Position numbers and translations under genes: made by a program
DNA from: Gemmatimonas sp.
GTDB lineage: Bacteria; Gemmatimonadota; Gemmatimonadetes; Gemmatimonadales; Gemmatimonadaceae
DNA: 64,000 nucleotides
Assembly: GCA_965279375.1 (NCBI GenBank)
Contig: OZ257156.1
Location: 1,568,001 to 1,632,000 of the forward strand
Direction: 5' to 3'
In this document: one piece after another, positions 30,311-39,584 of the stretch
How positions within the stretch are numbered: position 1 is the stretch's first letter
Layout: the number at the start of each line of letters is the position of its first letter
The notes under the pieces: generated by a model
Seen by the model: only the letters and a program-made list of their open reading frames with translations
What the model was told of the DNA's origin: nothing
Databases searched by the model: none

Positions 30311-31342
30311 ATGGGTCGCGTCATGATTCACCAGAGAAATCGTCTCACGCTCCGCCAACTCGTCGTTGCTGCGGGACACGTCGTGCTGATTCTGTCTGCC
30401 GCGCCGCTGCGGGCGCAAGGAAGCGTCTACACGCTTGGGGCGGGCTCGTGGAGGGCCGGTACCGTGGCGTCCGGTGGTTTTCGATGCGGCGTTGTCGGCA
30501 TCGATCCGGTGCCGGGGCCCACATCCACGGCAAGCTGCAAAGGAGGTCCGCAGTTCAGCGGTCTCGGCACATCGTTGATCGGCCGCTTCGAGAGCCTCTT
30601 TCAGACCGACGCGTTTGCGTCGGCGGTGAACGGCTCGCTCAAGTCCAGATCATCCGTCTCGTGGTTTGCGAAGAAGTACGACGCCTCACCGGCGTTTACC
30701 TTTCCGGAAACGGGTGCCGTGGGCGAATCCACCGCTCGCTGGGACGATCGGGCGCAATTCAATCCCATCGGACCGGGCGGTGGTTTGCCAGCTCTCAAAT
30801 TCATTGACATTCTGTTTCGAGTGGACGGACAGATCACGGGCGTCGAAGGGCTCAACTACCTTCTTCCCGGTTTCGGCACGGCGTGGGTTGGCACCAGCAC
30901 AGGTCAGGTGAACTTCGCCGGAGGCACGCAGGCCAGTAGCTTCTTCGCGAACCAGACGACGGTGATTGGAGCACGGCCCTCAAACCGGCCGCCCATTCCG
31001 CAGTTCCAAACGCTGCGCATCGGCGTAAATGGGCTGAGCAGCGATCCCTTCCGGGTCCTCCTCAGCACCCAAGCGAACGTTTCGATGTTCAACGAGTTCT
31101 TCGTCGATGAGCTCTTTCAGGGGTCCATGGACTCCGCCTTCGACAACACCGTGACGCCGGTTTCCTATTCGCTCTGGGATGACCTGGGCGCCGACGTCAC
31201 GGGTCAATACGCGGTGACGTTCGACAATGGGATGACCTTCGAGTCACAGTCGGTCGTGCCCGAGCCGTCGACGCTGCTATTGCTGTCGGGCGATTTGCTC
31301 GTGCTCGTCATCGGCTGGCGCCAGAAAGTCCGTCCGGCATGA
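30311..31342 (+). CDS. PEP-CTERM sorting-domain surface protein
   Basis: Signal peptide (AAPLRAQ), Ser/Gly/Thr/Phe-rich body, C-terminal VPEPST + hydrophobic stretch + basic tail. Confidence 0.85.
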   Translation: MGRVMIHQRNRLTLRQLVVAAGHVVLILSAAPLRAQGSVYTLGAGSWRAGTVASGGFRCGVVGIDPVPGPTSTASCKGGPQFSGLGTSLIGRFESLFQTDAFASAVNGSLKSRSSVSWFAKKYDASPAFTFPETGAVGESTARWDDRAQFNPIGPGGGLPALKFIDILFRVDGQITGVEGLNYLLPGFGTAWVGTSTGQVNFAGGTQASSFFANQTTVIGARPSNRPPIPQFQTLRIGVNGLSSDPFRVLLSTQANVSMFNEFFVDELFQGSMDSAFDNTVTPVSYSLWDDLGADVTGQYAVTFDNGMTFESQSVVPEPSTLLLLSGDLLVLVIGWRQKVRPA

Positions 31343-31391
31343 CGCCGCAGTCAGGTGGCTCAGCGAAAGGCGAGCGCGTCATCTCTGCTTG

Positions 31392-32684
31392 TCACTTGTA
31401 CAGCAGATACCTCCTGCTGCGCTCCTCGAACTGGGCCACCTCGTCCCGCCACGAAGCGAAGATTTCCTGCGGCGTGCGTCCCGCCTGAATCATCTGTTTG
31501 AGTCGCGGTGTCGCCGTCAGTCGCTCAAGCACCGCGTCGTTCCACACCAGTTTGTCGGCGTGGAGCGCGTTGACCGCCCACAGCAACGCCACGCCCGCGC
31601 GATACGGTCGGAACAGGTTGCGGTCGAGCACGTGAATGGCGATGCCGGCGAGTCGCTCGCCCGCCAACTCCGGCGGCTTGCCGTGAAAAGGCTGCTGCAC
31701 CGGAGTGAAGGTGATCGTGTCGAAGCGCACGCCTGGTAGCCCGAGCGCGTTGAGCATCACGATGGCACGCTGGTTGTCGAGCCACGGTGCGCCAATCACT
31801 TCAAATGGCGTCGCGCTCCCTCGCCCTTCGCTCACGTTCACCGCTTCGAACAGGCACGTGCCGGTGTACGCCAGGAGTGACTGCAGCGTGAGGAGGTTGG
31901 GCGATGGCTTCCGCCATTCAAGTCCCGTTTCATCGTACCACATGCTGCGACGCCACCCGACCATGGGCACAATGTTCAGTGGCACGGTGCGGCCGCCCTG
32001 CAGCAGACGTTCGCCATTGTAGAACTTCGCCAGCTCGCCCATGGTGAGCCCATGAATGACTGGCACGGTGGCGTACGCACCAAAGCGAAAGCGATGTGCC
32101 GCGTCGGTCACGAAGCCGTCGGCGCGCAACCCGCTGATCGGATTGGGGCGATCGAGTACCACCACGTCCAATCCGTACTCGGCCGCCGCGTCCATCACGA
32201 AGCCAAGGATGTTGATGTGCTCGTAGAAGCGTGCACCGACTTCCTGAATATCGAACACCACCACCTGCGCATCGGCAAACATTTCGCGCGTCGGGCGATG
32301 TACGTCGCCGTAGAGGTTGTACTTCGCGAGCCCCGTTGTGGCATCGATTGCGCGCTCGTCGTCGCGCTTGGCCGAGTAGTCGTTGGAGCGAATGTCGTGA
32401 TCCATGCCGAAGAGCACGCGCAGTGGAGCTCCCGGGAGCGCGAACAATACGTCGGCGAGATGTTCTCCATTGGCGAGCCGACCGCTGTGATTGGTCACGA
32501 GCGCGAGTCGCTTGCCCTTGATGAGATGCCCGAACTCGCGGAGCAGGCGGTCGGCACCAACGGATACGGCGACAGGTGCGGGCATCGTACCGGAGACATC
32601 GCGATCGAACGGCTGCGCGGACGCCATGTCAGCGTGCATGCTCAAGACAGCCGTCGTGACGATTGCGAGCAGCCGAAGCCGCAT
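31392..32684 (-). CDS. namZ: Exo-beta-N-acetylmuramidase (DUF1343)
   Basis: LVTNHSG, FDIQEVGARFY, VLDRPNP, HGLTMGELA, PSPNL, VSEGRG..PFE..GAPW. Confidence 0.88.
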   Translation of the reverse strand: MRLRLLAIVTTAVLSMHADMASAQPFDRDVSGTMPAPVAVSVGADRLLREFGHLIKGKRLALVTNHSGRLANGEHLADVLFALPGAPLRVLFGMDHDIRSNDYSAKRDDERAIDATTGLAKYNLYGDVHRPTREMFADAQVVVFDIQEVGARFYEHINILGFVMDAAAEYGLDVVVLDRPNPISGLRADGFVTDAAHRFRFGAYATVPVIHGLTMGELAKFYNGERLLQGGRTVPLNIVPMVGWRRSMWYDETGLEWRKPSPNLLTLQSLLAYTGTCLFEAVNVSEGRGSATPFEVIGAPWLDNQRAIVMLNALGLPGVRFDTITFTPVQQPFHGKPPELAGERLAGIAIHVLDRNLFRPYRAGVALLWAVNALHADKLVWNDAVLERLTATPRLKQMIQAGRTPQEIFASWRDEVAQFEERSRRYLLYK

Positions 32685-32969
32685 GTGGTGACGCCCGCTC
32701 ACCGCGTCACCCTACTCAGCATAAAGCGGGGAACTGCACGCCACTTGCCGACGCGCCGGGTCAAGTGCGCGAACGTTCGCGAGATGTCGCATCGGGATGG
32801 GTAGTTCAATCGGAGGGAGAGTATCTGTCGAGCATACGGCGCGATCGCCGATCTCGCCAGCGCTGCGCGACGGGTAGTTGCTCGGCGCGCGTACCTGCTG
32901 TGCCCAATCACTCACTTCGAGAGTAGTTTCCGACGTCACCGCTCCATTCTGCCCTCGCACCGCGCCGTC

Positions 32970-33530
32970 ATGCCCTGGTATCTCTACTTCAAGATCTTCC
33001 ATCTGGTCGGCATGGTGTCGTGGATGGCCGGCCTGTTCTACCTGCCGCGCCTGTTCGTGTACCACGCTGAAGCGCGCGAACTGGCCGAGTCGTCACGTGG
33101 ACCGGTGCAGCAGCAGCTCGCGCTGATGATGGGGCGGCTGCTCAACATCATCATGACGCCGGCGATGATCATGACGTTCATCGGTGGCGTCGGCATGCTG
33201 ACGCTCAATCCAGATCTGCTGCGCCAACCGTGGATGCACGTGAAGCTCACGCTCGTGATCGGGCTGGCGGGCTATCACGGCTGGTGCTCCGCGACGCGCA
33301 AGAAGCTTGCACGGGGCGAAGTGGCTGGCACCGCAAAAGGCTATCGCATGGCGAATGAAGTGCCAACGGTCGCGCTGGTGCTCATCTGCACCTACGTGGA
33401 GCTCAAGGACTCGATCGGACTGCTGGGCGGACTTGGTGTGTCGGTCGTGATGATCCTGCTGTTGGGCATCGGCATTCAGGCGTATGCGGTGTTTCGCAAG
33501 AAGGCCGAGGCCGCGGGTCGCGTCGTGTAA
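32970..33530 (+). CDS. hemJ: Protoporphyrinogen oxidase HemJ
   Basis: K.FH....SWMAGLFYLPRLFVYH, IMTPAM, WMHVKL, R.ANEVPT. Confidence 0.88.
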   Translation: MPWYLYFKIFHLVGMVSWMAGLFYLPRLFVYHAEARELAESSRGPVQQQLALMMGRLLNIIMTPAMIMTFIGGVGMLTLNPDLLRQPWMHVKLTLVIGLAGYHGWCSATRKKLARGEVAGTAKGYRMANEVPTVALVLICTYVELKDSIGLLGGLGVSVVMILLLGIGIQAYAVFRKKAEAAGRVV

Positions 33531-33556
33531 CTCGCCCCGCGTCGTGCTGTCACGCC

Positions 33557-34687
33557 CTAACTGTGCGTTTCGGCAACCGCGATCGCCATAGCCCGCGCCA
33601 AGCGCCGCACCCCCTCGATCAACACCGGTGTGTCGTAATGCGCAAAGCTCAGTCGCAGCGTGTGTGCGAACCCATCGCGGCTGATGAACCGCGAGCCCGG
33701 GTGAAACGTGACGCCCTCCGCTCGGGCGAGCGGAAGCAGCGCAGCCGCACTCAGCTCCGGCGGCAGTTGCACCCACACGAAGTAGCCGCCACTCGGCTCA
33801 TCGAACGACACCGTCGGCAGCAGCTCGCGTAGCGCGTGGCACAACGCAGCCGACCGTTCGGCGTACACACGGCGCAGCGCATCGAGGCCGCTGTCGGCCA
33901 GTCCGAGGTCGATCATGCTGTGCATCACGCCCGACACATAGGGATTGAGCCCGCCGCCGCTCTGTACCACCCCTGACTGCGTGAGATGGTAGAGCAGCGC
34001 GGGCGCTCCCTGAATCCACCCCAGCCGCAATCCGGGCGCGCAGATCTTGGAGAAGGAGCCGAGCGAAAGCACCCGCGCCGAGTGGACGTGTGAGGCGAGC
34101 GGCGGCGGCGGTACGACGCCGAAGTCGAGCAGGTGATAGACCTCGTCGGCAACGATGAGCAAGTCGTGTGCGCGACTGACCGCCATCAGTTCTTCGCGAC
34201 GCACCGCGGACATCGTGACACCGGTCGGGTTCTGGAACGATGGGATCGTATACAGCAGCGACGGACGATGCTGCGTCAGCGCTTGCTGTAGCGCGTCGAT
34301 GCGGATTCCCTCGGCGTCGATGGGAATGCCGACCACGTTGAGCTGGTGGTCGCGAAAGACGTCGAGCGCGAGAAAATACGTGGGTTCTTCGACGAAGATC
34401 GTGTCGCCCGGGCGCGTGCAACGCGTGCATATCAGATCAAGCGCTTGTGACGCACCGGCTGACGCGATGAGATCGTCGACGGCGACGGGCATGGCGTAGC
34501 GTCGCGCGAGAAACCCTGCGAGCGATTCGCGGAAGCCGGCGTCGCCTTCATCAGCGCCGTACTGCAACACGGTCGCGTCGCCGCGCGCGAGACAGTCATT
34601 TGCGGCCGTTCGCAGCGCCTCCATCGGCAACAGCGACAGCGAGGGCTGGCCGTTGCCGAAGTCGATCGGGGCTACGTCGTGCGACAC
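33557..34687 (-). CDS. PLP-dependent aminotransferase class I/II
   Basis: LQYG..G, GASQALDL, VEEPTY, FQNPTG, ADEVY, GSFSKI.APGLRLGW, GGYFVW, LRLSF; start uncertain (34687-34768). Confidence 0.88.
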   Translation of the reverse strand: MSHDVAPIDFGNGQPSLSLLPMEALRTAANDCLARGDATVLQYGADEGDAGFRESLAGFLARRYAMPVAVDDLIASAGASQALDLICTRCTRPGDTIFVEEPTYFLALDVFRDHQLNVVGIPIDAEGIRIDALQQALTQHRPSLLYTIPSFQNPTGVTMSAVRREELMAVSRAHDLLIVADEVYHLLDFGVVPPPPLASHVHSARVLSLGSFSKICAPGLRLGWIQGAPALLYHLTQSGVVQSGGGLNPYVSGVMHSMIDLGLADSGLDALRRVYAERSAALCHALRELLPTVSFDEPSGGYFVWVQLPPELSAAALLPLARAEGVTFHPGSRFISRDGFAHTLRLSFAHYDTPVLIEGVRRLARAMAIAVAETHS

Positions 34688-34895
34688 GGCTGCGGCTCGG
34701 TCGTGGTGGGCGCCCTCGAGAGGCGGTGCAGGGAAGAGATCACAGCACGAAAGATGCGGCCACGACAATCACTCGGCGAGGTCCGTCCGCATTCCGGCCG
34801 GCGCCTGCATACGCGATCGCCTGCGCAGTCGCATCGTTGACGAACGACGGCGGTGGTTTGCGGGACTTGGTCATGCAGCGCATACTCTGGCTGTC

Positions 34896-36467
34896 ATGAT
34901 CCGCCCCATCGTCGACGCACTCCCCACGCGCTTTCGCTTCGCGAGCGGCGACAGCGCCCGCGGCAGTGACGACATTTCCGTCACGCTGCAAGCGCGCCTG
35001 CGCGTGATCGCCGTGGTGGGCGTTGCCACACTGCTCGCCGTATTCGTGACCTACAGCGTGCGCTTGCTGGCACTGAGCGGCGACGCACGTGCGTCCATGG
35101 AGTCGGGCCGGATCGCCAACGGCGTGACGATACTTCCGGTCGCGCTGCTGGCCTGGTGGCTGCGCAAGAGCCAACCGCGAGCGCTCGGTCAGCTCCGATG
35201 GCTGGAAGTCGCGTTCTTCTTCGGCTTCAGCATCTTCTTCGCCCTGTTGATGGCGAGCGACTTCCCGTCGATCGCGCCCGTCATCGACAGGGCGCCGCTG
35301 GATCTCGGCCTGAGTCAGGCCGCGTGGATGTCGTTCCTGATCGTCGCGTACGGGTTGCTCATCCCCAATCGTTGGCAGCGCGCCGCCGGGATGATCGCGT
35401 TCATGCTCGGGTTGGTGGTGGTGGTCGACGCGTGGAGACTGAGCCAGTACAACATCGCCCCGCCCGTTGCGGCCACGTACCTCAGCTCGCAGTGGACACT
35501 GCTGCTCGGCTTCACCGCGATCGCGCTGTTCGGCGCGTACCGGATCGAAGCGGCCACCACCGTGGCACGCGATGCGATTCGCCTCGGGCAGTACGTGCTG
35601 GTCGAGCAGCTCGGCGCAGGCGGAATGGGCGAAGTGTACCGCGCCGAACATCGACTGTTGCGACGTCCGTGCGCGATAAAATTGATCCGGCCGGAGCATG
35701 CGGGGAATCCGGACGTCTTGCGACGCTTTGAGCGCGAAGTGCAAGCCACCGCGACGCTGACGCATCCCAACACCGTTGCGATCTACGACTACGGCATCGC
35801 CGATGACGGTACGTTCTACTACGTGATGGAATACCTGCCGGGTGCAACGCTCGAGCAGGTGGTGCAGCAACACGGACCGATGTCAGTCGAACGCGCCGTG
35901 CATGTGCTGCGGCAGGTCGCCGGTGCGCTGCACGAAGCCCATCGTGCAGGCCTGACGCATCGCGACATCAAGCCTGGCAACGTGATGCTGGGGGAGCGCG
36001 GTGGAGTCCCCGACGTTGCCAAGCTGCTCGACTTCGGACTCGTCACGGCGCACGACGCCAGCGGTCGCGTGGCCGGCGACGTCACCGGCGGCACCACCGG
36101 CAGCATCACGCAGTCGGGGATGATCCTCGGTACGCCGGCGTACATGTCCCCCGAACAGTGCGCCGGCGATGCACAGCCCGGGCCGGCGAGCGATCTATAC
36201 AGCCTCGGCGCGCTCGGGTTCTTCCTGCTGACGGGACGATCGCCGTTCGACGGGCGTGCGCCTCTGCAGATGATGCTGGCGCATCTTGGCGAAGCACCGC
36301 CGTCGTCGCGAGCGATTCGGCCGGAGGTTCCCGCCGAACTCGACGCATTGTTACAGCGGTGTCTGGCCAAGCGGCCCGAGGATCGCTTCGAGAGTGCGCG
36401 GGCGCTGGAGTCCGCGTTGGTGGCGGTGGTCAATCCGGCGCGAACAGCTCCTGCAGGGGTAGCGTAA
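34896..36467 (+). CDS. Ser/Thr protein kinase with N-terminal multi-TM domain
   Basis: About 6 TM helices, then LGAGGMGEVY, AIK, HRDIKPGN, DFG, GTPAYMSPEQ, DLYSLG. Confidence 0.92.
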   Translation: MIRPIVDALPTRFRFASGDSARGSDDISVTLQARLRVIAVVGVATLLAVFVTYSVRLLALSGDARASMESGRIANGVTILPVALLAWWLRKSQPRALGQLRWLEVAFFFGFSIFFALLMASDFPSIAPVIDRAPLDLGLSQAAWMSFLIVAYGLLIPNRWQRAAGMIAFMLGLVVVVDAWRLSQYNIAPPVAATYLSSQWTLLLGFTAIALFGAYRIEAATTVARDAIRLGQYVLVEQLGAGGMGEVYRAEHRLLRRPCAIKLIRPEHAGNPDVLRRFEREVQATATLTHPNTVAIYDYGIADDGTFYYVMEYLPGATLEQVVQQHGPMSVERAVHVLRQVAGALHEAHRAGLTHRDIKPGNVMLGERGGVPDVAKLLDFGLVTAHDASGRVAGDVTGGTTGSITQSGMILGTPAYMSPEQCAGDAQPGPASDLYSLGALGFFLLTGRSPFDGRAPLQMMLAHLGEAPPSSRAIRPEVPAELDALLQRCLAKRPEDRFESARALESALVAVVNPARTAPAGVA

Positions 36468-37008
36468 AGCCGGGAAGCAGCGTCTCGCCCGTGAGCGCAT
36501 CGGTCGCGCCGAGCACCGACACGCTGCCATCCGCGCGGTAGACCACCACCTGTTCGCGCGCGGGATCGACACTCCACACCAGTACTGTTCCGGCTTCGAG
36601 CCAATCGCTGACCTTCGCGGCGACGGCTCCCGCTCGGTCATTGGGCGAGCGCACCTCAACGGCGAGATCGGGCGCGAACTCCGGAAAGCCGTCGGGCATG
36701 GGTCCGGCGAAACGCTCTCGCGACACGTAGGCGACGTCCGGCGCACGCACGGTGTCCGGGTTACGCGCGAGAGTGAAGCCGGGATCGGCGGTGGCAAGGC
36801 GGCCTCGCGACTGTGACCAGCCGAACTCCTCACGTTCACGCGCGAGATGATTGCCGAGCGCGATGCCAATTCGCAACGTCAACGAGCCGTGCGGAAAACC
36901 GGCGGGCTCGTGCACCAGCAGCTTGCCACGCACCAGCTCCACGCGCTTGCCGGGCAGCTCGTAGCCCAGCAGTTGCTCCGCGGTCATCCCCAAGGCAGCG
37001 GCAACCAT
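36430..37008 (-). CDS. Uma2 (DUF820) family endonuclease-like protein
   Basis: ELVRGKL..P..H, VRAPDVAYV, APDLAVEVRSP, VWSVDP, LLPGFTL.L.ELF. Confidence 0.9.
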   Translation of the reverse strand: MVAAALGMTAEQLLGYELPGKRVELVRGKLLVHEPAGFPHGSLTLRIGIALGNHLAREREEFGWSQSRGRLATADPGFTLARNPDTVRAPDVAYVSRERFAGPMPDGFPEFAPDLAVEVRSPNDRAGAVAAKVSDWLEAGTVLVWSVDPAREQVVVYRADGSVSVLGATDALTGETLLPGFTLPLQELFAPD

Positions 37009-37148
37009 TGCAGGCCTCCGTAGTCTCGATCGGGTTCGCGTCATGAACACACGGTACGCCCTCGCGTCACCGCGCCGTCATCGCCCTGCAACCGAAAGCT
37101 ATTGTCGGGGCGCGCCGAGTCTACACGAGACCATGTCCCGCGCCGCCG

Positions 37149-39584
37149 CTACTTGGTGACGGGCGTCGGCTCACCTCGAACGGCTCGCACGATCGCCGCC
37201 CATCTCGGGTCGTCGTGCAGCGATGCGATGCCTGGGTTTGGAATGTTGTGAATGACGTTGGATTCGCGCTCGGCGACGGACTTCTGCAACGCCTGCATCG
37301 CGCCCTCACGATCTCCAAGCCGCGCCAGAAACACAGCCCGATCGGACAACGTCAGCACGCCAGCAGGCAACCGTCTCACCAGAGCAAGCGCTGCCGGCCG
37401 CCCTGCCGCCTCGCCACTCAACCCACCGATCAGCGTGCTGCAGTCGTCCGCGGTCAGGAGCTGTGTGCACACGCGAATTGCATCACTCATGCGACCGCTG
37501 GCGAGATATGCGCTCGTCAGGTTGGCCTTCCAACGCGCTTCGTTCGGCGCGAGTGCAACTGCGCGTTCGGCGCTGGTGATGGCACTGTCGCTCATGCCGG
37601 CATTGACAAAGAATCCCGCGCGTGCTGCGTGCACGACAGGCGCGAGCCGGTCGAGCTGCACCGCCTGTCGGAACGCCTCACCCGCCTCCGTCTGTCGACC
37701 CAGTCCCTCCAGCGTCTCGCCCTTGAGAATCCACACAAACGCGGACGTCGAGTCGGAGGCGATCACGCCGTCGAGCGCACGCAACGCATCCGCCATTCGA
37801 AACTGACCGAACAGCACGCGCGCAAAGGCCAATCGCACGTCGACCGCCGAACTATCCAGAGCCATTGCGCGCTGCACCGCAGACATCGCCTCGGCGAGAT
37901 TCTCCATCGACGTGTGGACGGTATCGCTGTACGCCGACCGCAGATACACCGACTCGGCGCGACCTGCCCACGCCCGCGCATACGTCGAGTCGAGCGCAAC
38001 GGCTTGGGCAAACAGCGATTGCGCCTGATTCAGATTCGCCAGACCACGTTGGCGCAGCAGGGCACGCGCGCGCAGCTGCGCGTCGCGGGCAGCGGGCGGA
38101 ACCTTGTCATCGCGCTCGACGGCCGCGCGCTGCGCGGGACTCAACGTGACCGCCAGCGCGTCGGCCACTCGCACCGCCACACTCGCCTGCACCTTGAACA
38201 CGTCGCGCAGGCGTTCCTCAAATGGTTGGCTCCACACGCGATCACCTGCTGACACCTCGGTGAGCAGTGGCACCACCTGCACGCGCGCATTGCCGTCGAT
38301 GGAGTCGCCAGCAGCCCGCGCCCACTGCACGGTGCCCGTGAGCACATACTGCGCATCCAGCGACGCGGCCAGTTCGCGCGGTCGCATGCCGGCCACGGTC
38401 GCGCCGCGCACGCCATCGCGGCCGATCACGCGAACGCCCGGCAACTGCGCGAGCTGATTGGCGATCTCCTCACTCACGCCGTCGGCGAAGTACGCGTCCG
38501 ACGGATTGCCGAGGTTCTCGAACGGCATGACGACGACGGTGCGCTTGGTTGGATCGATGGTGGGGCGCACCATGTAGCGAAGCGCGACGACCAGTGCGAT
38601 CGCGAGGGTGACGAGCGCTGTGGCACGAACGGCGGTGCTGAAGCGCGGCTTGGCCGCAGCGGCGGGCGACGACGCAGTGGTGACCGACGCGGGCCGTGGC
38701 ACTGCAGCCGGTGCCGACGTGTTCGCCGAATCAAGCGCGGCGAGGATCGCACCCGCCGATGCGGGACGATCGGCTGCGGCCTTGGCGAGGCACTGCATGA
38801 CGATCGTACTCACCGCGTTCGGAACGGGTGGCGCGATGTCGTTCAGGTTTTTCGGCGTTTCGGCGATGTGCGCCGCAATCAGCTGCGATGTGCCCGTCTT
38901 GCCCGCAAACGGATGCGCGCCGCTGAGCACCTCGTACGCCACGACGCCCCACGCATAGAGATCCGCGCGCGCATCGACCGATTCACCGACCGCCTGCTCC
39001 GGCGCCATGTACGCGGGCGTGCCGATGCTGCTGCCGACCTGCGTCAGCGTACCGTCAGGTGACGCAGGCGCGGCGCCGTCGAGCGTGCGCGACGCACTGA
39101 TCGCCTTGGCGATGCCGAAGTCGGTGACGACCGCTGTACCCGCTGAGAGCAGGATGTTGTCGGGCTTGATGTCGCGATGGATCACCCCTTCGCCGTGCGC
39201 ATACGCCAGCGCGCGCGCGACGTCCCGCAGCACATGGAGGCGATCGGTCAACGGCAGCGCAACGCCGCTCGCAAGCTGCGCCCGCAGCGACTCGCCTTTG
39301 ACGAACGGCATCGTGTAGTACGACACGCCGCCCGACGTCCCCGCGGACAACACCGGGACGATGTTCGCCTGCTGCAATCGCGCCGCTGTCGCAATCTCGC
39401 GCGTGAAGCGCTCGGCGCTGACACTCGCCGAGAGTTCCGGCGCGAGCACCTTCACCACCACCTCGCGTCCCAGCGCGTTGTCGCGCGCTACGAACACGCG
39501 CGACATGCCGCCGCCGCCGAGTTCGCGCTCGAGGGTGTAGGCGTCGCCGAGGGTGGTTTGGAGCTGAGCGCGGAGTTCGCTCAC
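37149..39584 (-). CDS. Ser/Thr kinase - TM - TolB_N-like - TPR protein
   Basis: ELGGGGMSRVF, HRDIKPDN, TDFGIAKA, GTPAYMAPEQ; VVMPFENLG..YFADG..EEI; TPRs; DDPRW cap. Confidence 0.92.
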   Translation of the reverse strand: MSELRAQLQTTLGDAYTLERELGGGGMSRVFVARDNALGREVVVKVLAPELSASVSAERFTREIATAARLQQANIVPVLSAGTSGGVSYYTMPFVKGESLRAQLASGVALPLTDRLHVLRDVARALAYAHGEGVIHRDIKPDNILLSAGTAVVTDFGIAKAISASRTLDGAAPASPDGTLTQVGSSIGTPAYMAPEQAVGESVDARADLYAWGVVAYEVLSGAHPFAGKTGTSQLIAAHIAETPKNLNDIAPPVPNAVSTIVMQCLAKAAADRPASAGAILAALDSANTSAPAAVPRPASVTTASSPAAAAKPRFSTAVRATALVTLAIALVVALRYMVRPTIDPTKRTVVVMPFENLGNPSDAYFADGVSEEIANQLAQLPGVRVIGRDGVRGATVAGMRPRELAASLDAQYVLTGTVQWARAAGDSIDGNARVQVVPLLTEVSAGDRVWSQPFEERLRDVFKVQASVAVRVADALAVTLSPAQRAAVERDDKVPPAARDAQLRARALLRQRGLANLNQAQSLFAQAVALDSTYARAWAGRAESVYLRSAYSDTVHTSMENLAEAMSAVQRAMALDSSAVDVRLAFARVLFGQFRMADALRALDGVIASDSTSAFVWILKGETLEGLGRQTEAGEAFRQAVQLDRLAPVVHAARAGFFVNAGMSDSAITSAERAVALAPNEARWKANLTSAYLASGRMSDAIRVCTQLLTADDCSTLIGGLSGEAAGRPAALALVRRLPAGVLTLSDRAVFLARLGDREGAMQALQKSVAERESNVIHNIPNPGIASLHDDPRWAAIVRAVRGEPTPVTK

